A stretch of DNA of 61,331 nucleotides, counting the filler, from Jimgerdemannia flammicorona (taxonomy: Eukaryota): assembly GCA_003990765.1 (NCBI GenBank). It is 2 parts of 2 records of this genome, joined end to end, with 100 filler letters (N's around TTAATTAATTAA, not from the genome) between each part and the next. Parts side by side here need not be neighbours in the genome. Positions count along the whole stretch, not along the records: positions 1 to 30,617 come from RBNJ01000434.1; 1 more part is not named here. One strand, 5' to 3'. The notes beneath the pieces were generated by a model that was given only the letters and a program-made list of their open reading frames with translations, did not search any database and was not told the origin of the DNA. This document shows, in pieces, positions 1 through 13,240 of this stretch; the stretch's first letter is position 1; every line of letters starts with the position of its first letter. The position numbers and the translations under genes were made by a program.

Positions 1-3000
1 CTGTGGTACCCCCCACCCATCCCCCAACCCTTCCACCAGCTATTCAAAATGTCCAACAGCAACCATTCCCACTGTGCCACCTTTTCACCAACCCCAACCC
101 GACGCCTGTCCTCAAATACATATACCCAATGCCCCACCAACCCAACCCACATAGCCAAGGTCCAACCAAGGGTCAGCCCTTTGTCCCCGACCCCACCCAC
201 TAATTGCCGGCGAAGCTCTCTCCATCTCCCCCCTCCCTCCCCTCCCCCAGCCCCCAACCCTACTCTGTCCATAATACAACCCCAGAACTCCCCCAAAACC
301 TCACACTCTCCAAGCCAATGTTCAGATGTTTGTACCACTCCTCCCTCCTGACCAACATTGAAACAATCCTTGCACTCGAATACCCCACCATCCACCAAGT
401 GACCAGACCAATAGTTCAGCATCATATTCTGCCATAGGATCTGCCACCACGCCAACCAGAACTTGGGGGGCAGCCACTGTCTCACCTGTTTGCTCTAAAG
501 CCAGAGCCCATTCCAATCCCACTCTTCCCTGATTCCAACCCTCTGCCAGACTTCAGGCCATAGGTCTCCACCTAGGCCTCGCAGACACTCCAGACCCTCG
601 CCAAGCTGAAAGTCCTCCACCAAAACACCACCTAATAGAAGCCTGTCCCATCTCCACATCCGTGGTCCCCAAACCTCCTCGGCCTCGTCACCTCGCCACC
701 AAAGGCCAATTTTCTTAGCACCATCCACCGCTCCCCACCAAAAGTCTGTAAACCACATCCTCTGACTCCCTTCCATGGCCACCATTGCAAGCAGGTCGCC
801 AGAGCCACCACATGGAGAGTATCGAACCTCCCACAACCTCTGCATGAGTGGCACCCACTCCCGACCTCTAAGCTCACTCACCCTCCTTAGCCACCAGGCC
901 CTTAGACATAAAAGCCACTTAGTAAAGTCCACTAGACCAAGCCCACCCCTTTCCAAGGGCAGTGTGAGCACCTCCCAACCAACCTGGCTCTGCTGCCCTC
1001 CCCAAATCCATGACCTCGCCATCTTCAACAACCCCTTAACCACCCAAGGTGGGAAATCCAAATGATATCCAACATACCACAGCTTCAGCATCCAGTACAC
1101 ATTCAACACCATCACCCTTCTGGCAAGGGATATATGCTGGCCTCCCCATCGCATCAAGACATCACCCCACTCCAGCAGTTTACGATCCCACCATGCCCGG
1201 GGAAGAAGAGATCCAAACACCAAGAAGTAGATCCCCAAGTAGCACACTGGTTTGCCAGCTGGAACCACTGTCCCAATAACATCGCCACCAACAATTCCAG
1301 TACCCAGCACTAGTGTCTCGCATTTGTGCCAGTTCAGTTTAGCACCAGAACCCCGCTCATACCATTCCACCGTCCTCTGCAACTCTCCAATATTCCCCAA
1401 GGAACCCAGTCCAACCACCATATCGTCGGCAAAGGCCCCCACCTTCCAGTTCACCCCAAAAACGTCCAAACCTCCAATCTTATGCCAAATCCTGTCCAGT
1501 AGTGGTTCCAGGGAAAGGGCATACAATATGGGTGACAAGGGGTCCCCTTGTGGCACCCCATGGCCCAGGGGGAAGGTCACCCCCCAGTGGCCATTGATGA
1601 CCAATGCTGCCTGACTGTCCTCCAAGAGGCTGATCAATGAACCTCGGAATCCTGGGGGGATACCAATCCACTTCAGCACTCCCTCCAGCCATATTCTCCA
1701 CACTCTATCATAAGCCTTCTCCTGATCCAGAAACACCAATCTGCCATCCACCCCTATAGCCTGGGCACCTTCAATCACTCCATGAACCCAAGCCATCCCA
1801 TCTCGAATTAACTAACCACTGACAAACCCACATTGCTCCAAACCAAGCTGAGTGATCCCTTGCAACCTCAACACTAAGATCTTCGTCACCAGTTTGCGGT
1901 CCATGTCCAGAAGCATGATTGGCCACCAGTTCTTCCAATCCTCCCGCCTGCTCTTGTTCTTATATAGCAAGGAGACTAGCCCCAAGTGCTGTCCCCCAAT
2001 CCAGGCACCAGACCGAAGAACCTCATTACATATAGCAATCATTTCCTCTAGAACCTCACACACCCCTGTCATTCTCTGCCAAAAATCCCAGGGGAGTCCA
2101 TCCTCTCCCAGGGCTGTCCCTTTACTCGTAGAGGCCACCACCTTGCAAATATCCTCACTGCTCACCAGGTCCCCCAATGCCACAAGTCCCATAGCAGGGT
2201 TCAGGTGCCAATCTCCCAGCTGCCTTTCAATGTCCAGAGCATCCAGTCCCCCTTCATCCTCACTCCAAAGGTTCCCTCACTGGGATCGCAATAGGCCCAA
2301 AATCGCCAGGGTCCCCACCACCAGCTCACCATTCTTGTCCAAAACTCCCTCCCACCACTGCCTTGTTCATCATGCTTGTAATAACCACAACAAGAACCTG
2401 GTAAGTCTCTCCCCTTCCTCAAGCCCCTGCCATCGCAAGCAGGCCACCATCCCCTGCAGCTGCTCCTCTTCCTCCCTCCGTAGCACCCCTTTGAGCTCCT
2501 CCACCTCCTGCCGGATTCTCACAATACACCAATCAGCCTTGGCCCTATTCTCCAGCACACCTGCCCATCTTTCCATGAGCACCGCCAGATGCCGTGAGGC
2601 CCACATCACCCACTGCCTTTGCTGGGCACTCTTTCCTTTCCCCACTTCCCTCCAATACCTCTGAGCCTTCATCTTCAACCTTCTCCAGTGGTCCCCAATT
2701 GCCAGTCCTTGATCCTGCCACCTGCTAATATCTCCAACCACCTCTGTTTCCCAACCCTCCCACAATGCCTTATCCTCCAACAAGGAAGCATTTAGCTGCC
2801 AATGTCCAGGCCCATCCTCATTTCCCCCAAACCTCCCCCCTCCAAGCAACCCCCAGTGATCAGACCATGGACACCATATGACTCCCAGCACCATCCAGAC
2901 ATCTGCCCCCCAATACTCTGCTGTTAGAACCCAGTCAATCCTAGAGCCCAGTCCTGCTGCCCAATGGATAGACACCTGCTAATCAGCCCAAAAATGTCTC

Positions 3001-5492
3001 CCTGAGTCCACTAAAGAACACAGCCTTTCTATCTCCAACCAGTCCGCCAACCCACCACTTTCACCTTGCATGCCTCTCCCTCCATCAGTTCTGTCCAACT
3101 CCTTATCCCATACCATGTTGAAGTCCCCCCCCATACAGTCAAACCCAACTTCTCCCAATAAACCAGCCTCTTTCAATCTGTGAATTCAATCCACCCTCTC
3201 CCCTCTCTCAGCCAGGCAGTAACAAGACCCAACTGTCAGCAAGCCCAATCCAGGCCTCTTCTATACTCTCCACACCACTCGCGACCCCCAATGTCCAATG
3301 TCCCCAATGTCCCCCATTCCTTAGTCCAATCCTGTAAATCCATGTCTGCATCATACTGAACATCCAGTAATAAGAAGAGGTCTGCATCCAAACCCCGAAG
3401 CCAACCAAAGATGTACTTCCTCCTAGCCGCCCCCCATAACCCATTAACATTCAATGAGAATATCCTATTTGTACTATTCATATTGAATAGACATTGTAAA
3501 AGAGACCCCAACCTATAATTCCATGCTCATCTCATCTCTCGCAGGTCCAAGCACCGCTCAGCTTCCAATTCATCCTCTGCAATATCCCAAGCATCCAGTG
3601 CCCCCAAGATTTCCTGACACTCCACCCTGTCCACCTCCTCCATATCTGCCCTGTAATCCAAGCAGACTGTGCACCACTTCTCTAGTCCCTTCCTCGAGTT
3701 CCACAAGAAAAGCACCCTGTCACTCACAATCCTTCTAAGCTCCTCCTCCCGCTGATCATAACAGACTCCAGGAGGACAGCCAGGATCTCATTCCTCATCT
3801 TCCTCGGCACCTCTTCCCACGTAGAATCTCCTCCCAATGCCTCTCCTCCATTACCCTAAAGTCCTCACCCCCCAGCTCTTCAGCCACTACCCCTTCCAGA
3901 GTCTTCCACATCCACTTCTCCTCATCTACCACCTCTGCTGCCCCCTGAGCAATTTGTCCCCCATCCACCTCAGGGTCCCCCAGTGCACTCCTCCTCACCG
4001 ACTCATCCCACTCCTCATCTGGCACATCCATCAGCTCCTCCTTGCCTTCCACCCCATTTGGAACACTATACTGAGGGCGCCCACCTTCCCCCATTTCAGC
4101 ATCCACCTCCAAATTACCCTCCCTCCTCTCCCCAACTCCAATCTGAGCCCCACCCTGGGCCAACTCTCCCCCTTCAGCCCAGGTGCTCTCCTGCAACCCT
4201 GCAGCCCCCTCCCCAGAGCTTCCACCAGCCCTGCCCTCACCCAACTTTGCCAACAACTCCTTCTGGATTCTCCTCCCCTGCATCTTCTCCCAGGCCCTCT
4301 TCTCCATCTGAACCCTCTTCCCATCCACTTCTCCCACCACCATCCTGGCCTCAAACTCCTTCCAGGCTAATCTCCTCCTCGCAACTGCCCCTTCCAGATC
4401 CTCCAGAGCCTCCAATAGGTCCTCCTCCTCCTCCTGAGTCCCCTTCACCCTAGTGATCTTACACTCCACCAGTCCCTACCTCAGCATTGCTGGCCAGTCT
4501 CTCAACTTCCCTGTATTCTCCTTTCTAGCCAGTCTCACCCTGACATCGACGTCTCCAGTTCTAAGCTTCATGCCCTCCCAGACCTTGAACCCAACATCCA
4601 CAATCTCACCATACTCCTTGATCGCCTCCACAACCAACTCCCTGGTCCTTTCCTTCGACACCATAGGAAGGTCCAACACCGTCAACTGTACCACCTGGGG
4701 GTCCCAGCGCATACACCAGGCCATAGGGACCACCACTCTGCCCACTGTCACCCCCTTCTCCATGGCTGCCAACAAGACATCTTCCTCCTCAAACCCTACC
4801 TCAACTCCTTCCTTTCCCCTCAAAAACTTCACTGACGCTGCTCCCTTAGCCTCCTGTACCACCAGCCCCAAAATCATCCTCGCCATCACTGCCAAGCCCC
4901 AGAAGCACATCATGACCACGAATTCTGACCTCGACTTCTTGAGTAACGGGGCCGACACCATGCCCATCACCCCATCCGCCAGGTCCCTGGGCCTCGTGCC
5001 CACTCTAAGTCCCGAATTACCAACCACCGTCATATCTGGATTTTTTGCTAGATCCCCAGTCACAGCCCCATCAGCAGTCACATCTCCAGCCCCCACTCTG
5101 GCCCCTACCCTACCACCAGCAGTACCCTGGGGTGCACCTCCCTGACCCCCAGCAGTAGCCATCGATGCCTTCCCCAGGTCCAGCCAACCATCAAGCCCAG
5201 AAGCCATCTTCCCCATTCTGACCTTGTCAGCAAAGGTCGACCTCTCCCCTCCTCTCTGCCTCAGACCACCCCTCCCTCCGCCGCCAGGGCCTCGGCTAGC
5301 CATCGAGGCCCCTGGCATCCCCAAACCATCTCCCCTCCTTTCCACCTACTGCCAGCCAAAGGCGCCATCACCCCCCTGGCCAGTATGCTCACCAGTTCAA
5401 TCGTTACCATCCATGTTGTTAGTCATCGGACACCAAAAATGTTATAAAAAGTATTGTCTGAGTCTTGTGTCACCCGAATATTACTGGTGAAA
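1..5492 (-). mobile_element. L1/Tx1-type non-LTR retrotransposon (LINE), near full length, inactivated; 3' end runs off the window
   Basis: Broken ORF2 from ATG 3481: APE start 'IFSLNVNGL', 'GGDFN', 'SRIDW..SDH'; RT 'LDQEKAYDRV', 'GVPQGDPLSP', 'FADD'. Broken ORF1 from ATG 5426 to ~3520. The 5' end (tttcacYagtaaYattcgggtgacacaagactc) matches the copy at ~59052. Confidence 0.93.
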
Positions 5493-5499
5493 GGTGTTG

Positions 5500-8024
5500 G
5501 TATCTGAATTGTCTACAGTAGAAGCATTGGACTTGGGCTCTATCTCTGACATGGTACCTTCTTTCTTCTTGCTGGTAATTTCTGTTATCTCTTGGTGGAT
5601 AACCTTGGCTCCTCTGTGGTGGGTGTCTTCAGTTGTCTTGGTAGCTCTAATTTTCGTATGTGGTAAATTTTTCAATCTGTCCAACCAATTGGTCCAATTT
5701 GGAGCTGAGATCTTGGATTTTGCTTCTATCCTTCTTTTCTTCTTTGGCTGGACTTCTTTCTTTGGATCTTCTTGTCCTTGAAGGAGTTCCTGTAGGGCTT
5801 TGACCAGAATGTCTTCTTTATCTTCTTTCTTGTCATGATTACTCCAAGTAGTTCTCTGTCTGATACCAAAGAATCCTTGGACTACATCTACTTGCTCTTT
5901 GGACCTTCGGATGCCTAAGGTGCAAACATGCTGGGAAATGTTTGGGGGAATTCTATTCATGAAGGTTATTGGACCAATGATGTCCTGGTTGGTGGTATTG
6001 AACCTGGCAGCATGCATTCTCTTCTGGATTCTTATGAAGAAGGCTCTGGGTGATTCTCTAAGATTCATCTTCATCCATATGATAAATTCCTGAGCCTTAT
6101 AGTAGGTTTTGTTTCCTGCATACTTTTCAATGAGTCAGTGGACCATGGCTTCATATTCTAGTTTGAAAGATATTGCTGCTTATATCTGTCTTACCAATTC
6201 TGAATCTGGGTTGTTTGCTGTTTGGTGGAAAATTCCTCTGGCTGGTTCTCTGAGCTGAGCCTTATAGATGGCAATTTTTATTTCATCAGAGAGATTCCTC
6301 AAGGCTGCAATTCCTTCAATTCTATCAAGGAATTCTCTGGGGTCTTCTTCTGGGTATCCTGCAAAGGTTGGCAATAAGGTGGCCATTTCATCATCACTTT
6401 CTTCTAATTCTGGTTCAGGTCTAGATTCTGGTTCTGATTCACTTTCTGAACTGTCACTGGGGATAGAGGTGCTTGGATATCTTGAGGATGGTGTTCTGGA
6501 TCTTGAATAAAGTAGAATATGCCTAGATATTCTTGTAGGAGCTACTTCCAATTCTGCAAGGGGTTGTGGTAAAGATTCTATAGGTGAGATTGGTGGGACT
6601 GATATGGGGTATCTGGCTGTAAGGTCTTGGGTTTGTGTGATAAAATCTTCTAGTTCTTATGCAAGTTCTTTGAAATCTTTAGCAGGGCTGCCTATATTGT
6701 CTGGTTGATCTAGTTGGGGATTTTGGGCTGCACTGCCTTCTGATTCTGGTTGAGATCCTTCTGGTGCTGGGTAGTTGGCAAGTCTTGATGTAATTACTTC
6801 TCTTCTTGTCCAAATACTGGTAATGACTGGTTCTCCTATAGTGGTAGAGATTGGTGTTGTGTCAAATATATCCAGTTTGACTGTGGGTTCTTGTGAGCTA
6901 AAAAGTCACATCAATTTGAAATCTTCCCAGTTGAGCCCTCAAATGTAACATGCCTGGCTCAATGGAGGCAAATTACAAGATTGAAGATTGATGTAGTTTG
7001 GCTTGAACCCCCAGTTACTTTGTCAAAAAGCAACAAAATGTTCTAAGATTCCTGAGATCCTTGGTGTTTAGTGGTATAATAGTCAAAGTTGGATATCTGC
7101 AAGTAGTTTATATATCAATTTCCTAATTAGGATAGTTCTCTTGGTATAGTGGTGATTTCTGTATAAATGGATTTCCTTCTTGGGTCAACTGGAAGTTGAT
7201 AGAATTCATATATAGCATAATGGGTTCCTTATTCAGGTCAACTGGGAATGCCACAATTTGTATAGTACAACAATCTCTGTATGATGGTCTGGCAATTTAG
7301 CAGTTCTCCTTCTTGAGTGATGAGCGATCTCTATATAGTACAATGATCTCTGTATAGTACAACAATCTCCAAAAATATGTAATTTCTGGTGGATGACTCA
7401 ATTTGGCTCACTGGGAATAGAGGATGGTATGGGTTCTTCTTACTGAGAATTATACTGGCTGTAGGTTCTTCTTGGGCTCACTGAGAACAACAAATAACTT
7501 GGTGGTAGATAATTTAGATAACTCAGATAACTCAGATGTTGCAGGTTCAGCTTCAACTAGATATACTACTTGGATGGTGCAAGTTCTCTGAAAATGCAGA
7601 TAACTCAAAAATGGCAGATGATATAGATTCTCTGGAATTAGCAGGCTTCTGGAAAATAACTCAGATGGTGTGGGTTCTTCTGGATTGGGCTCTTCTGGGG
7701 ATATGATCCTTCTGAATTGGCAGCTTCAACTGGGAAATGGCAGTAAAGTTCTTCCTTAAACTTGGGCAGCAAACTTCAGGCTTATCTGGCAAGTGAACCA
7801 AAAATGGACTTGTTCTTTATATCAGAAAGTGGACTGGAGTGGAAGAGAAGAGAACCAAGCTCACAACTTCTTGGCAGTGGCTCATTAGCAGACATATCTC
7901 TTAAGTATTGTAATTCTTCCTGGATCAAGTGGCTTTTGGCAGGCATTTCTCCTAAATATACCAGACAATTAACTTTTGCTTTAGTTTGTATTCAACTTTC
8001 AGACTGAGGTTTATTCACTCTCTT
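5500..8024 (-). mobile_element. Ty3/gypsy-type LTR retrotransposon fragment: partial 5' LTR (6944-~8024), PBS, gag pseudogene
   Basis: LTR terminus TGTAACA at 6944 next to a PBS-like tttgagggctcaactgggaa. Gag 'LPTFAGYPEEDPREFLDRIE' is near-identical to 34393-34959. Gag is cut by the LINE at the CCHC knuckle (~5500). Confidence 0.9.
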
Positions 8025-8647
8025 AGATGTGATAGTAAGGCATTGCCTGTCCATTTGATCAGTATTTGGTATTCCCCTGCCTCAAGTGAGGTCAGCAGCT
8101 CCAATGGAACCCAATCACGATGTAGAATGATATCAGAGATGAATGGGGGGTTAGATGACTCACCATTTAAAGGGTTTGAAAACCATGCTGGTAAGGGTGC
8201 CAATGGGGTTGGCTGTGGTAAAAGCGAGGGAACTGCCAGAGAGGTGAAGGTGGCTAGAAGAGGGAGTGCTGATGGTAAGCTGGGTGGTAGGACTGGAGGG
8301 GGGTTGGTGTTGGCTAAAGGTCCATAGAGACATGCCGCGAGTGCTGGAAGTAGCCATTCGATCAATGTGTCAACTTCATAACCATCAGGGAGCAGTGCTG
8401 GAGCCAGCACCATAGGTTCGGTAACTGGGAAATCGGGGCCAGGTCGATGAGCATCAAGATGTGTAACCAGGGTGGCCTTTTGACCATCTATAGAGAGGTC
8501 ATGTTCGTGGCAGAGTGTGATGAGCTGGTCCTTGTGCAATGTACATAGGCCAGTTAAGTTGGGAATTGATGGGGGTGCGTGTGGGGCACCAGGTGCTGGA
8601 ACTGGGGGACCAGATGGTAGGCCTTAAGACTGATGGATAGGTGGCAT
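8025..8647 (-). pseudogene. Truncated Pro-rich ORF with SAP-like domain; possibly ORF1/gag of a tyrosine-recombinase retroelement
   Basis: ATG 8647 with an early stop. 'LCTLHKDQLITLCHEHDLSIDGQKATLVTHL' fits the SAP pattern. CpG-depleted and cut off by the gypsy LTR at ~8024. Element assignment is inference. Confidence 0.45.
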
Positions 8648-8777
8648 GATGTATCTGAGAGATAGTGTGTGAAATCGATTGATACGAATTACTAACGATA
8701 ATTGCTAGAGTATGTTGAGGGAAATGTGTGGCTGCTGCCTAACTCTTGGGCATGTGGTTGGAGCTCGGGCTAGCTAA

Positions 8778-8930
8778 GGTAGGGTGCAGAAAGCAATTGA
8801 AACTGACTAAGCTAAGATAGTGGATTGCATGATTACATTGTATGAATGTTTAAGTGTATGGTAGGGTACAGGAAGCGATTGAAACTGACTAATCTAAGAT
8901 GATAGTTGCATTGCGTGATAAATGTTAGAT
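8778..8930. repeat. Two-copy ~82 bp tandem repeat
   Basis: ggtagggtRcagRaagcRattgaaactgactaa.ctaagat at 8778 and 8860. Confidence 0.8.
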
Positions 8931-8949
8931 ACACAAGTGTTAAGCACAA

Positions 8950-9839
8950 TGGCCACTTTGCTGCATTTTGAACTATGTTCACAACTATATCAATTACTTA
9001 CAAAGACACCACATATTGATTCACATCTGATATTCTCTCAAAGGTAAATATTTATATATTATATATATTTAAATTGAAGTTTATTAATAATTAATATTAT
9101 ATTAATTTTATTTTTGTAAAATTTAGTTTAATTATAAGATTTCACTGATACATGGAAAGTTAAAGGAAAAAATACAAAATTGTCTACCTTTAGTCTTTCC
9201 AAATGATAAGAATCTAATTAATAGTACTCTTCAAGAATAAGATTCTATAATTGTATGCAAGACTATTCTGAAACTATTTTCAGAAGGCAAGGTTTCCAAA
9301 TTTATTTACTGTCCACCTCTTTATACTCAAGATAGTGATGGAACTATTCAGCAAAATGACCAAGATATAGAGATTATGATATTACCACCAAGAGATCCAT
9401 ATCATTCTGATTATATTGTCAATGTCTTCAAGTATCTTTGATTTGATTCTCAGAATGCTCAGCGGAAGAGATTTATATCTCAATCAATTACAGTTCAGCA
9501 GCTTGCATTTGTTTTGACTTTGGTAAGCTTTTGCTATACTATTAAGTATATTGTAAACAGAGTATATATATATAATTTATATAATTCATCTTTTATTATA
9601 TATTATAGTTGGAACATATTACTGCACAAACTAATATGAAATTTGGAGAAAAATTGAATGGAAAAAACTACTGTAAATGGATCAAAATTCTTGAAAAATG
9701 TAGTACTGACAAATTAGAGTTAGATCGTCTTAAGAGTGAAATTATATCAGTTTCCACAGAATCAGTTAGCAATGAGAAAAAGGATACAGAATCCAAGTCA
9801 GGATCTGATGTTGATGATATGCTTACAGAGTGGATTTAG
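8950..9839 (+). pseudogene. Decayed intron-containing gene remnant, possibly DNA-transposon cargo
   Basis: GT..AG intron-like AT-rich segments (~9043-9126, ~9523-9608). Residual frame 'PYHSDYIVNVFKYL*FDSQ...ITVQQLAFVLTL/LEHITAQ'. Function not identifiable. Confidence 0.35.
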
Positions 9840-11410
9840 TAATAGCTGTATTGAGATAATATTTACATATTTGTAATAATATCTGGAATAAAAAAAAAAA
9901 AGAAATATATAATATCTACTCTAAATCTAGATATATATAATAATGATCTAGATATTTTTATTTGTAATTTAGATATTTTTTATCTATATTCCAGATCTTT
10001 CAAAAATATCTAGATCTTGTAAAATATAAATATATTCTATCTTATTTCTGGATACATGTCCCTGTTGATCTAGAAATTATATATCTATGATCTAGATTTA
10101 TATTAGATATACCATTTCAGTTTTGTGATGATGTATTCTACAACCACTATGAAACAAACACTTTCATGTGAAATCAGAGTTACTCACGAATTTGGCGGGT
10201 ATTATTCCGGTTGACCTTTTACATCTAGCAAACTTCCTATGTGAATTACCCACTCCTTTTTTATTTTATTTTTATTTGTCGAAACATGTTACGTCGCCAT
10301 AGCTATTCACAATTTTCTGCCGCATACGAGCAGTGGTGACATGCTAGCTGAATGCGATATGTTGTCACCATCCATAGCCGAAATATTCGTAGATTTGAGA
10401 GACTTTGATTATAACCATTACCGTTGATGGCCGCGCCTCATTTCAGTTGGTCCTATCCATTCCAATACTAGCCACAATCCAGCCTGTTGACAAAATCGAC
10501 ATCAGGTGACGGCAACAATGAATGGCGCACGACGTAGATGATGTCCGAAGGAACGGGGCCTCACGGCGCGGACGGTGGCCCACGGCACAGGCGGAAGATC
10601 AACTTGGCGACATCACTCAAGTTAAATCGACCGACATAATTCCGAACGGAGGAGCGACATTTACAATTATGGAGTGCTATCTAACTTTGTGGCGCGTCAT
10701 CTTTCGATAGTTGTTGGTGTCGAACGACATGTACAATTTTGTATCGAGCTGTCGCAGTAATTACATTGAAATAAATGTTGGTGCAGATTACAACCCGAGA
10801 ACCACGACATGGGAAATAGGACAGACGCCAGAGCAAACCGCGCGGCGAGGAGAAAATCTGATGCTCACCAAATATTCAATTACAACACCCAATATCAAAG
10901 CAGATCATATCTAAAACAGAATCCAAATAACACCTCTAAATCGTTTGTTTTATTAATGCGTACAATTTAAGCCAGCGGAATGATGGCGCGAGGCTCTTAC
11001 AAACGGCTTAGAAGGCTCACGAAAAACATTACCCAAGCGGTACGATTTTCGAGGCCTTTCATTAGGATTTGGTGCTGTTATGTGATTTACAGTTTTAGCT
11101 CGTAAAAGGCTGTATAAATGAGGCTTTTTCGTTAATATAATAAAGGCAGATTTTTTGTGCTCACCACTAGAACGGGGAATTCAGCAAATTTAGGCAAACA
11201 AGGAATCCTTTGGACTGGTAAATTTTGGATTTCGACAGGTTCATTTATTTACGGAATTTCTTGGCAAAGGCGCCGCGATTTAATAATTAGAAATATCTGG
11301 TGATATCTCGCAACAAGTGCCTGACGCATGCCACAAATCTACATGCACCCTCCTGTGAACATTCTGTCCGTTAATTTACCTGCGTTGACATTGTCCAAGC
11401 TGCCTGCAAC

Positions 11411-12874
11411 GGCACGGACATCGCCGCGAAGCTCGCGACGCTCGCTCAAGATCATACTTTACGCCGCATTTGCGTCTCGTTTTCATGTAGACAAGCTAAC
11501 TACAGCGGTACACACACTGTTGAACATGCGAGTTGGTCCCGTGGGCTTAGCATAATGGTATCGGGCGGGGGACGCATATTGGAAACACAGTCGGCGAGGA
11601 GTGCCGTTCGTGGCCACCAGGGTAAATCGGATGTGCAGGATTTAGAGAGCTGTGCGACTAAAAAGACGGCAGTGAATATGGATGCCCAGTTGGAAACTTT
11701 GATGCTGGATGATATTAACAAGTATGTGTTGGATTGGGGAACGATGAACTAGATTTTCGGGATGTCGGTGGCGTCGATAGAGTCGGGGTAAGTGCTCAAA
11801 TCTGCGTATGTTGTACTGATATGTCAAAACCTTCCAGTATTCGCTCTTTAACACCCTTATGCATACCACTTGTAGTCCCAATTAAACAAACTGACGTCCA
11901 ACTTCTTTTCTCTCTGGCCACGTCTTCTGATTATTAGCCACACCGACCTCCGTGATCAAGGCCCGGATCCCGCTCCACAACTTCTCGAGCCGCTCCATCA
12001 ACGCGAGACTCTCCCGTCCCACCTGTGTGATCAGCACCCCCTCCATCTCACCGACCCTGTAATTCGCACAGCCCTTTTGTGTGAGCATCCTCGGAGGCAA
12101 CGAAACGACCTCGCACACAGCGGCGTTTGCGTTCGGTGGGCTGGCGCGACAGAAGGAAATGCAGAACCGGTGTGCGGGAGAGGCAAGGGAGGTGTTTGGG
12201 GCGGGGATCGTGAAGCCGGAGAGCGTGAAAATGGAAATGTTTGCTAGGCTTGTATATATATCTTAACACGGCGATCAAGGAGGTGCCGAGGTTGTATCCC
12301 CCCGCAACATTCATTTCTGTGGAGCCGTGGATCGACATTGAGGTTGATGGGTATGTCGTTCCTGCTGGTAATTTTATTTTATTTTATTTTATTTGCCTCC
12401 CTGGTATAGTTAAATTTATTGTCTGCGATATCTTGTATTCATTTCTACACCCATCACTTCCCACATTGTGCACCACACCACTCATCACAGGAAACGTGAT
12501 AGCCTACAACATCCGCGGCGCAAACCTTAACCCGACTATTTTCCCCTCCCCAGAAATCATAGACCCCACGATGGCTCTATCAACCTTCTACCTTTGGCTT
12601 TGAGAGTGTGAGCTTCAGCCACAGTGGCCCGTTCCCTAACGCTACTGACCCAGCCGTTTCCTCGCACCTCTCGGAGCTGGCGTTCAGCTTGGGAGCGCGC
12701 ACGTGCCCAAGGCGCAATCTCGCAATGCTGGAGCTGCGTGCAGTGCTGGCCCTCGTGCTCGCAGGGTACGAGATTTTACCACGTGAAGGATAAGAGGAGG
12801 ATGTGAAGTGGGCGACGATATTTATTAGGATTGCGGTGGAAGGTGTGTGGGTTAGGGTAAATAAGCACGCGTGA
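11411..12874 (+). pseudogene. Cytochrome P450 pseudogene (5'-truncated, deletions and frameshifts), tandem paralogue of 13241-15033
   Basis: Colinear with the intact gene, including both introns and the 3' UTR. Shows 'GGNETTSHT' and 'FSLGARTCPR', with multiple deletions and stops. Confidence 0.93.
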
Positions 12875-13240
12875 AATGATGGATCCGGAGTTCGGGGTCA
12901 CTAATGTTGAATTCTGAGAACTTTGGATGCATTCCAAAATTTATTATATATCTTGTTGTCTCTTCTGCTCTCGCCGCGTTCTTTCTTATTTTACAATAAA
13001 TCTGCAATACCACATCCATCGCTCAAAATAATATGTCACCATATATAAATTTCTACCGGCGCAAAAGAGATCGATAGCCAAGAGCTAGTGTGATTTCGAA
13101 AGACATCCTTGGAGATCAGTAGATCACCATAGCGACAAAGCAACCTATACACAAATAGAACATCAATCCCAATGGGGTCAAGTCTTGTGACAACAATATG
13201 CTTTGTTTGAACACGAAGCGCAAATTCACATAATTATATT

